This document shows positions 57,000 through 64,000 of a stretch of DNA of 64,000 nucleotides, one piece after another. The notes under the pieces are model-generated. The model ran no database searches and had not been told where the DNA came from. It was given only the letters and a program-made list of their open reading frames with translations. This DNA is from an uncultured Gemmatimonadaceae bacterium (GTDB lineage: Bacteria; Gemmatimonadota; Gemmatimonadetes; Gemmatimonadales; Gemmatimonadaceae), in the NCBI GenBank assembly GCA_963761305.1, contig CAVXGK010000001.1, positions 1,408,001 to 1,472,000 on the forward strand, read 5' to 3'. Within the stretch, counting starts at the first letter, position 1. Each line of letters starts with the position of its first letter. The position numbers were made by a program, and so were the translations under genes.

Positions 57000-58760
57000 A
57001 TGAGAATGCACAGGTCCGCCCCCTCGCTGACCGCCGTTCGTCTGGCCGCGGCCGGCCTCGCGCTGCTGTCGCTGCCCGCCCTCGCCCAGACGGATCCCCG
57101 CGTCGGGCTGCACGCCGGCTGGTGGGACGCCGGGCAAGCCGCACGCGGTATGGAGCTCATCGGCAGCGGCAGGAAGGCCGAGGGCTTCTACAATCCCGCG
57201 AATCCGGGCGACTTCGGTTTCCTGAACGGCGACCTCGCGTTCAAGGGGAACATCATCGTCCAGGGCGGATTCCACGGCTTTCAGGTCTGGGACGTCGCCG
57301 ACCCGCACAATCCGAAGCTGCGGAGCACGTTCGTCTGCCCCGGCGGCCAGGGCGACCCGACGCTCTATGGAAACCTGCTCTTTTTCTCGGTCGAAGAAAC
57401 GCGCGGACGTCTCGACTGCGGCGGACAGGGCGTGCAGGACACGGTGAGCAAGGAGCGCTTCCGCGGCGTACGCATCTTCGACGTCACCGACATCGATCAT
57501 CCCAAGCAAGTCGCTGCCGTGCAGACCTGCCGCGGCTCGCACACGCACACGCTCGTTGTCGACCCGAAGGACTCGAAGAACGTCTACCTCTACGTCTCCG
57601 GAACCGCCGGCGTCCGCTCGCCCAACGAGCTCACCGGTTGCTCGGGACGTCCGCCGGAACAGGACAAGAACACGTCGCTGTTCCGCATCGACGTGATCCA
57701 GGTGCCACTCGACCATCCGCAGGACGCCAAAGTCGTGAGCAATCCGCGCATCTTCGCCGACGCGGCGGGCAACGTGGAAGGTCTGTGGAAGGGCGGCTCG
57801 CACGGCGAAGGCACGCAGGCCACGAACGTCACGGACCAGTGCCACGACATCACCGTCTACTCGGCGATCGGCATGGCGGCGGGCGCGTGCTCGGGCAACG
57901 GCCTGCTGCTCGACATTCGCGACCCGGTGCATCCGAAGCGTCTCGACGCGGTGTCCGATCCGAACTTTGCGTACTGGCACTCGGCGACGTTCAGCAACGA
58001 CGGCTCGAAGGTGTTGTTCAGCGACGAGTGGGGCGGCGGCACGCAGCCCAAGTGCCGCGCGACCGACAATCCGAAGTGGGGCGCCGACGCGATCTTCACC
58101 ATCGATCACGGCAAGATGACGCAGCGCGGCTACTTCAAGATGCCGGCGCCGCAGACGGACCAGGAGAACTGCGTCGCGCACAACGGCTCACTCATCCCCG
58201 TGCCCGGCCGCGACATCCTCGTGCAGGGTTGGTATCAGGGCGGCGTGTCGGTGTTCGACTTCACCGATCCGTCGAATCCGAAGGAGATCGCGTTCTTCGA
58301 CCGCGGCCCGATGGATTCGACCAAGCTCTACCTGAGCGGCTTCTGGGCCGGCTACTGGTACAACGGCTTGATCTACGGATCGGAGATCGGCCGAGGACTC
58401 GACGTCTTCGAGCTCAAGCCGACCGACAATCTGTCGCAGAACGAGATCGACGCCGCCAAGCTGATTCACGTCGACTTGCTCAACGTCCAGAACCAACAGC
58501 GCTACACGTTCCCGGCAAGCTTCTCGGTGCCGCGCGCGTATCTCGACCAGCTGGCGCGCAACAACGGGCTCGCCGCCGATCGCATCACCGCCGCGCGCGA
58601 TGCGCTCGACAAGGCGCAGTCGGCGACCGGCGGCGCGCAACGCACCGCGCTCGCCCAACTCGCGTCGAAGCTCGATGTCGACGCACAGTCCGCGAAGGAC
58701 GCGGCAAAGGTGCGCATGCTCGCCCGGTCGGTGCGCGAGTTGGCGAACGCGAAGCACTAG
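57000..58760 (+). CDS. Secreted LVIVD-repeat beta-propeller protein
   Basis: Signal peptide; CPGGQGD, TCRGSHTHT, CHDITV, YWHSATF, DEWGGG, CVAHN, QGWYQGG. Confidence 0.82.
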   Translation: MRMHRSAPSLTAVRLAAAGLALLSLPALAQTDPRVGLHAGWWDAGQAARGMELIGSGRKAEGFYNPANPGDFGFLNGDLAFKGNIIVQGGFHGFQVWDVADPHNPKLRSTFVCPGGQGDPTLYGNLLFFSVEETRGRLDCGGQGVQDTVSKERFRGVRIFDVTDIDHPKQVAAVQTCRGSHTHTLVVDPKDSKNVYLYVSGTAGVRSPNELTGCSGRPPEQDKNTSLFRIDVIQVPLDHPQDAKVVSNPRIFADAAGNVEGLWKGGSHGEGTQATNVTDQCHDITVYSAIGMAAGACSGNGLLLDIRDPVHPKRLDAVSDPNFAYWHSATFSNDGSKVLFSDEWGGGTQPKCRATDNPKWGADAIFTIDHGKMTQRGYFKMPAPQTDQENCVAHNGSLIPVPGRDILVQGWYQGGVSVFDFTDPSNPKEIAFFDRGPMDSTKLYLSGFWAGYWYNGLIYGSEIGRGLDVFELKPTDNLSQNEIDAAKLIHVDLLNVQNQQRYTFPASFSVPRAYLDQLARNNGLAADRITAARDALDKAQSATGGAQRTALAQLASKLDVDAQSAKDAAKVRMLARSVRELANAKH

Positions 58761-58780
58761 TCGCACGACGAGCAACGGGG

Positions 58781-58925
58781 CTTCTCCGTTCGTGTCCGTT
58801 CGATCGGTCTGTGTCCGTGTCACAATTGTTATGGTTGGAGTTGGCGCGTAGGACTCGACCGCCAAGCAGGCATCAACGATTGAAACACTGACACAAGCGG
58901 ATTGAACGGAAAAAAACGGGGAAAG
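58781..58925. repeat. Long imperfect inverted repeat (about 53-bp arms)
   Basis: 58781-58833 matches the reverse complement of 58871-58925; inner stem TTGGCG/CGCCAA. Confidence 0.8.
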
Positions 58926-58931
58926 AACTCC

Positions 58932-59942
58932 ATGGTCGATCCGGTTCGGTGGGGGATATTGGGTACCGCCAATATCGCGGTCGCGAAGGTGATACCCGCG
59001 ATTCAGGCCACGGCGCATTCGCGCGTCGACGCGATCGCGTCGCGCGATGTCGCGAAGGCGCGCGCGGCCGCGGCGACGGCGGGAATTCCCCGGGCGTACG
59101 GGTCCTATGAGGAGCTGATCGCCGACCGCGAGATCGACGCGGTCTACATTCCGCTGCCGAATCATCTGCACGTGCCCTGGTCGATTCGTGCCGCCGACGC
59201 CGGCAAACACGTGTTGTGCGAGAAGCCGATCGCGATGTCGGCCGGCGAAGCGCTCGCGTTGCGCGATGCTCGCGACCGGAACGGCGTCGTGATCGGCGAG
59301 GCGTTCATGGTCCGCACCCATCCGCAATGGCTCGAGGTCAAGCGGCTGGTCGCCTCGGGCGTGATCGGCGATCTGCGGTTGGTGAGCGGACACTTCAGCT
59401 ACTTTCGCCGCGATCCGGCCGACATTCGAAGCCGCATGGAATTTGGCGGCGGTGCGCTGATGGACATCGGGTGCTACCCGATCACGCTCTCGCGCTGGCT
59501 GTTCGGCGACGAGCCGACGGAAGTGATCGGCCAGATCGAACGTGATCCGGAGATGCAGGTCGACCGGCTCGCGTCGGCGCTGCTGCGATTTCCGAGCGGC
59601 CAAGCCACGTTCGCCTGCGCGGGACAGCTCGTGCCCTATCAGAAACTGCTCATGTACGGCACGTCGGGGCGCATCGAAGTCGAGATTCCGTTCAACGCGC
59701 CGGCCGACCGGCGTTGCCGAGTGTTCGTCGACGACGGGAGCCAGCTCGGCGGACTCGCCGCGAGGCCGATCGAGTTCGACGCGGTCGACCAGTACACGCT
59801 GCAAGCCGACCGCTTCGTCGACGCGATTCGCGGTACAGGGGAGGTTCCGGTGTCGATCGACGACGCGATCGCCAACATGGCCGTCGTCGATGCGATCTTC
59901 CGGTCGGCGGAGACGCGAAGCTGGGAAGCGCCGCGAGCCTGA
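58932..59942 (+). CDS. Gfo/Idh/MocA family oxidoreductase
   Basis: WGILGTANIA, YIPLPNHLH, GKHVLCEKP, GGGALMDIGCY. Confidence 0.92.
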   Translation: MVDPVRWGILGTANIAVAKVIPAIQATAHSRVDAIASRDVAKARAAAATAGIPRAYGSYEELIADREIDAVYIPLPNHLHVPWSIRAADAGKHVLCEKPIAMSAGEALALRDARDRNGVVIGEAFMVRTHPQWLEVKRLVASGVIGDLRLVSGHFSYFRRDPADIRSRMEFGGGALMDIGCYPITLSRWLFGDEPTEVIGQIERDPEMQVDRLASALLRFPSGQATFACAGQLVPYQKLLMYGTSGRIEVEIPFNAPADRRCRVFVDDGSQLGGLAARPIEFDAVDQYTLQADRFVDAIRGTGEVPVSIDDAIANMAVVDAIFRSAETRSWEAPRA

Positions 59943-60022
59943 CTCGCGTGGCAGGGCTGCTCGCGCGAACGCGCGCGAAAGGCTAGAATCCCCGCGACGG
60001 TCCCACCCGGAGACAACAGCGC

Positions 60023-60580
60023 ATGTCTGAGTTTTCGCGCAGACAGTTCGTGGCCCTCGCCGGAACCGCGGCGGCCGGCGCATGGCTGGCCACGACGCGG
60101 AGCGAGTTTCTCGCCGCGGGGCTCCATGCCGCCCGCGCGTCTCGATTCGAGACGTTGAGCGACGCCGACGCGGCGGAGCTCGAAGCCGCCGCCGCGCAGA
60201 TCATCCCGACCGACGAAACGCCGGGCGCGCGCGAGGCTCGTGTCGTCTACTTCATCGACAAAGCCATCTCGACCTTCGCCAAGGACCAGAAGGAGGCCGT
60301 CGCGTCGGCGGCGAAAGAGCTGCGAACGCACGCCGCCAAGGTGCAGCGCGGGGCCAAGTCGTTTGCCGCGCTGTCGTCCGACAAGCAGATCGCGATTCTC
60401 ACCGCGATGGAGAAGGACAAGAAGAGCGGGTTCAGCGTACTGCGAGGCGCGACGATCGCCGGCATGCTGGCCAACCCCGAGTGGGGCGGCAACTACCAGA
60501 AGATGGGTTGGCGATGGATCGGCTTCGACGACCGCTTCTCGTGGGGCCCACCGTTCGGTTGGTACGATCAGAATGTCTGA
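60023..60580 (+). CDS. Tat-exported gluconate 2-dehydrogenase subunit 3-like protein
   Basis: SRRQFV Tat motif; IIPTDETPGA.EA.V..FID, P.WGGN...GW..IGF. Confidence 0.87.
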   Translation: MSEFSRRQFVALAGTAAAGAWLATTRSEFLAAGLHAARASRFETLSDADAAELEAAAAQIIPTDETPGAREARVVYFIDKAISTFAKDQKEAVASAAKELRTHAAKVQRGAKSFAALSSDKQIAILTAMEKDKKSGFSVLRGATIAGMLANPEWGGNYQKMGWRWIGFDDRFSWGPPFGWYDQNV

Positions 60581-62258
60581 ACACTCGCATCCGGCGCTCG
60601 CGCCGCTCCAGCAGTCGACGGTTACGTACCGCCCGGACGACGAGGTCGACTTCGTCGTCGTCGGATCCGGCGCCGCCGGCGGCGTCGTCGCGAAAGAACT
60701 GTCGACGGCGGGATTCCGCGTCGTCGTGCTCGAGCAAGGACCGTGGCGGTCCGAAAAGGACTTCGTGCACGACGAGATCAAGATGTTCAACCAGAGTGCG
60801 CTGTCGAACGACTGGCAGGTCTCGCCGAACACGTTTCGCAAAACGGAAAAGGACAAAGCCGAGAAGCGCCCGTGCCTCGTCTACGCCCGCGGCGTCGGCG
60901 GGACGAGCGTTCACTTTTCGGCGAACTTCTGGCGATTTCGCGAGATCGACTTCAAGGAAGCGAGCGTGAAGGGTCCGCTGGCCGGCACCGGGTTCGCCGA
61001 CTGGCCCGTCACGTACCAGGATCTCGAGCCGTACTACACGAAAGTGGATTGGGAAGTCGGCGTCGCCGGCGCGCCCGGACCGTTCGATCCGCCGCGCTCG
61101 CGGCCGTATCCGATGCCGGCGCATCCGCCCAAGTCCACCGGCGTACTGCTCGAGAAGGGCGCTCGAAAGTTGGGCTACAAGCCCTTCCCCGCGCCGATGG
61201 CGATCGCGTCCAAGCCATACAACGGACGCTCGCAGTGCGTGCAATGCGGATTCTGCGAAGGGTTCGGGTGTGAGGTCCGCGCGAAGTCGAGCTCGCTCGT
61301 CACCGTGATTCCAAAGGCCGTTGCCACCGGCCGCTGCGAAATCCGCACGAATTCGTACGCGCGCAAAATCGAAACCGACGCGAAGGGACGCGCCACCGGC
61401 GTGAAGTACTTCGACGCCGACAAGAAGGAAGTCTTCCAGCGCGCGAAAGCCGTCGTCGTTTGCGCCAACGGCGCCGAGACGCCGCGGCTGCTCTTGAATT
61501 CCAAATCGAATCTTTTTCCGAACGGACTCGCCAACTCGAGCGGCGTGGTCGGCAAGTATCTCATGCCGAACGGCGCCGGGTTGGCGGTTGGCGTGTTCGA
61601 TCACGAGGTCAACGGCTACAAGGGCATCGTCGCGACGCGCGTCGTGTGGGATTTGTACGAGCTCGACCCGAAGCTCGGCTTGGTCGGCGGCGGCGGGTTC
61701 GACTATCGATTCGACATCACGCCGATCCAGTTCGCGTCGGACTCGGGACTTCCGCCCAAGGCTCCGCGATGGGGCAAGGAGTACAAGCGCTGGGTCGCGC
61801 AGACCTACACGCGCTCGGTGCTCTGCTTCGGCCACACCACGTCACTGCCCGTCGAGACGAACAGCATCTCGCTCGACCCGACGGTCAAGGACGCGTGGGG
61901 CGTGCCGGCGATCCGCATGACCTACTCGGATCATCCGCAGGATCTCAAACTCTACAAATACTTCACCGAGCGCAGCGAAGAGTTGCTGCATGCGTCGGGC
62001 GCGGCGCAGACGTGGCAGCTGCCTGTCGAGAGCACCGAGTTCGCCGTACACCTGCTCGGCACGTGCCGCATGGGGAACGACCCCAAGACGTCGGTCGTCG
62101 ACAAATACAACCGCGCGCACGACGTGAGGAATCTGTTCATCGTCGACGGGTCGAGCCTCGTCACCAGCGGCCGCGGCCAGCCGACGATGACGATTCAGGC
62201 GCTGGCGTTTCGCGCGGGTGACAACATCGCGCAGTTCGCCAAGCGCCGAGAGATCTAG
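60573..62258 (+). CDS. GMC family flavoprotein oxidoreductase
   Basis: GSGAAG, GVGGTSVH, CVQCGFCEGFGC, HLLGTCRMG, PTMTIQALA; start ATG 60573. Confidence 0.92.
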   Translation: MSEHSHPALAPLQQSTVTYRPDDEVDFVVVGSGAAGGVVAKELSTAGFRVVVLEQGPWRSEKDFVHDEIKMFNQSALSNDWQVSPNTFRKTEKDKAEKRPCLVYARGVGGTSVHFSANFWRFREIDFKEASVKGPLAGTGFADWPVTYQDLEPYYTKVDWEVGVAGAPGPFDPPRSRPYPMPAHPPKSTGVLLEKGARKLGYKPFPAPMAIASKPYNGRSQCVQCGFCEGFGCEVRAKSSSLVTVIPKAVATGRCEIRTNSYARKIETDAKGRATGVKYFDADKKEVFQRAKAVVVCANGAETPRLLLNSKSNLFPNGLANSSGVVGKYLMPNGAGLAVGVFDHEVNGYKGIVATRVVWDLYELDPKLGLVGGGGFDYRFDITPIQFASDSGLPPKAPRWGKEYKRWVAQTYTRSVLCFGHTTSLPVETNSISLDPTVKDAWGVPAIRMTYSDHPQDLKLYKYFTERSEELLHASGAAQTWQLPVESTEFAVHLLGTCRMGNDPKTSVVDKYNRAHDVRNLFIVDGSSLVTSGRGQPTMTIQALAFRAGDNIAQFAKRREI

Positions 62259-62263
62259 AGGCC

Positions 62264-62298
62264 GAGTGCGGAGTGCGGGGTGCGGAGTGCGGAGACGC
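62264..62298. repeat. 7-bp tandem repeat (GAGTGCG) x about 5 between convergent genes
   Basis: GAGTGCG GAGTGCG GGGTGCG GAGTGCG GAGACGC. Confidence 0.75.
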
Positions 62299-62306
62299 GC
62301 GATCAG

Positions 62307-63773
62307 TTACGGCGCCGAGCGCGGGATCGGTGCGTCGCGCATCGCCGCGTTGTAGGCGAACGTCGCGAACACCGTCGCGGCCTGCGCCACTTCCTCCGGC
62401 GTCATGCGTTCCATCGTGTCCATGTTCGTGTGATGGATGCGCACGTCGTAGGTCGAGAATTCCTGCACCGGATTAAAACCCGGCACGCCGACGGCGATGA
62501 AGCTCAGATGGTCGGTGTTGCCGATGCCGGCGTGCAGATTTCGTTTGGCGCCGACGTCCTTGAACGGCTCGAGCCATTGATCGAAGATCGACTTCGCGGC
62601 TTCGTTGCCCTGGGCATAGAAGCCGTACACGCGCCCGTATCCGGGATCGATGTTGAAGTAGACGTCGAACTTGTCGCGCGCCGCTTTGTTCGCGTCGCCG
62701 GCGAGATGCTGCGCGACCCAAGCGCGTGAGCCGTAGAGCCCTTCTTCTTCGCCGCCCCACAGCGCGACGCGAATCGTGCGGCGTGGACGGGCGCCGACGG
62801 CCTTGAGAATGCGCATCGCTTCGAGCACGGTCGCCACACCGTCGGCGTTGTCGGTGGCGCCGGTGGCGGAGGCCCACGAGTCGAGGTGGCCGCCCATCAT
62901 GACGACCTCGTCCTTGAGGGCCGGGTCAGAACCCGGCAGTTCAGCAATGACGTTGTAGCCGCTCGTGTCGGCCGTGAAGTACTTGGCGTCTATCTGAACG
63001 CGCACCTTGACGGGTACGTGGTCCTGTAAGAGACGGATGATGTTGTTGTAGTTCTCGCCCGCCACGACGACCGACGGCACCGCGTTCGCGCCCACGTCGC
63101 GCGTCTGCACGAAGATCGTGCCGTGTTCGCCTCGGCTCGTCTTGAGCACCGCGCCGACGCCCGCGTCGTGCAGGATCGTCTGGATCTTCTGCGCTTCGCT
63201 GGGTCCGCCGCCACGTCCGCCTCCCCGCCCGCCGCCGACCGGCGGAATCGGCGTGTAGACGTCCATCTTCGGGTCGAACGGGTCGGTGCGATCCTCACGA
63301 ATGAAGTTCGTCATCATCGGCTGGCTGAGGACGATCGCGCCCTTGAGCACGCCGCGCATCTTCTCCAGCGAGTCGGACGAGATGCCGGCGATGAGAATCG
63401 GCGTGCCGACGATGTCGCCATGCGTCGGCGCGGACCAGGCGTCGGGATAGCCGATCATCGGGGCAAACCGCGGCGACGTCATCTCGAGCGTGTAGTTTTC
63501 GAGCTCCCATCCGCGCCCGAACGGCCATGACTCAATGTGGACGTCGGCCAGTCCCCACGACGACAGATGATCGCGCGCCCACGTCGCGGCCCGCATGAAC
63601 GCGGGCGACGCAGTGAGCCGAGGACCGATCACCGTCGCCAACGTGTCGACCATCGACCAGGCGTGAGAGTTCTTCAGGCCTTCGTCGCGGATCTTGGTGA
63701 GAACCGGGTCGGGGGCTGGCTGTTGAGCGGCCAGCGTGAGCGGAGTGGCGAGGAGCCAGACGAGAGAGCGCAT
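62307..63773 (-). CDS. Secreted M28 family peptidase (carboxypeptidase Q-like)
   Basis: IGPRLT, GGHLDSW, GATDNADG, GEEEGLYGS, TDH, HHTNMD; start ATG 63773. Confidence 0.9.
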   Translation of the reverse strand: MRSLVWLLATPLTLAAQQPAPDPVLTKIRDEGLKNSHAWSMVDTLATVIGPRLTASPAFMRAATWARDHLSSWGLADVHIESWPFGRGWELENYTLEMTSPRFAPMIGYPDAWSAPTHGDIVGTPILIAGISSDSLEKMRGVLKGAIVLSQPMMTNFIREDRTDPFDPKMDVYTPIPPVGGGRGGGRGGGPSEAQKIQTILHDAGVGAVLKTSRGEHGTIFVQTRDVGANAVPSVVVAGENYNNIIRLLQDHVPVKVRVQIDAKYFTADTSGYNVIAELPGSDPALKDEVVMMGGHLDSWASATGATDNADGVATVLEAMRILKAVGARPRRTIRVALWGGEEEGLYGSRAWVAQHLAGDANKAARDKFDVYFNIDPGYGRVYGFYAQGNEAAKSIFDQWLEPFKDVGAKRNLHAGIGNTDHLSFIAVGVPGFNPVQEFSTYDVRIHHTNMDTMERMTPEEVAQAATVFATFAYNAAMRDAPIPRSAP

Positions 63774-64000
63774 GAGCCGAGAGGCGAAGGTGACGAACGG
63801 CGAGGGCAACGAAGAGCGAAGCTAACGAAGCGCGAGGATAACAAACCCCGAGAACGGCGAGGCGGCGAGAGGGGGCGGGAAGACGCGTCGCGCCGCGTCT
63901 CGGACGTGGGTGGCTCCAAGCGGAGAGATCTTAGCCCCGACCCTTTTCCAGACCGGTCGCCGCGCCAACTGGAATCGAATGTCGCAGGACGTCACGATGA

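Overview
High-GC bacterial chromosomal window, densely coding, with about 60 CDS. Gene content and style (PadR plus ADOP permease, Gly/Arg-rich inserts in secreted hydrolases, several ECF sigma modules) suggest Gemmatimonadota or a similar soil lineage; this is inference. I found no rRNA, tRNA, CRISPR array, transposase or integrase. Housekeeping genes include a sulfurtransferase, OsmC, dinB, rsgA, proline dehydrogenase, fadJ/fadI, glpD, greA, a deoxyhypusine-synthase-like gene, LOG and queG. There are also many secreted peptidases and hydrolases (M14, M28, S9, DmpA, DUF885, GH36-like) and three ECF sigma factors. The most striking locus is 19.36-23.97 kb. There a sigma54 (-24/-12) promoter with three repeated upstream sites precedes four genes: a small ZU5-like lipoprotein ending in an HF|S autoproteolysis-type motif 10 residues from its C-terminus, a stand-alone TPR protein, a sigma54 activator with no sensory domain, and a paralogous TPR fused to an HD-GYP phosphodiesterase. 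This is a candidate peptide-signalling circuit. Other oddities are a 43-bp palindrome-rich tandem array, a circularly permuted ACP-like gene coupled to dinB, an ECF sigma with a glycogen-binding-type anti-sigma, a 145-bp intergenic hairpin, a Tat-exported enzyme needing a CTG start, and several apparently leaderless genes.
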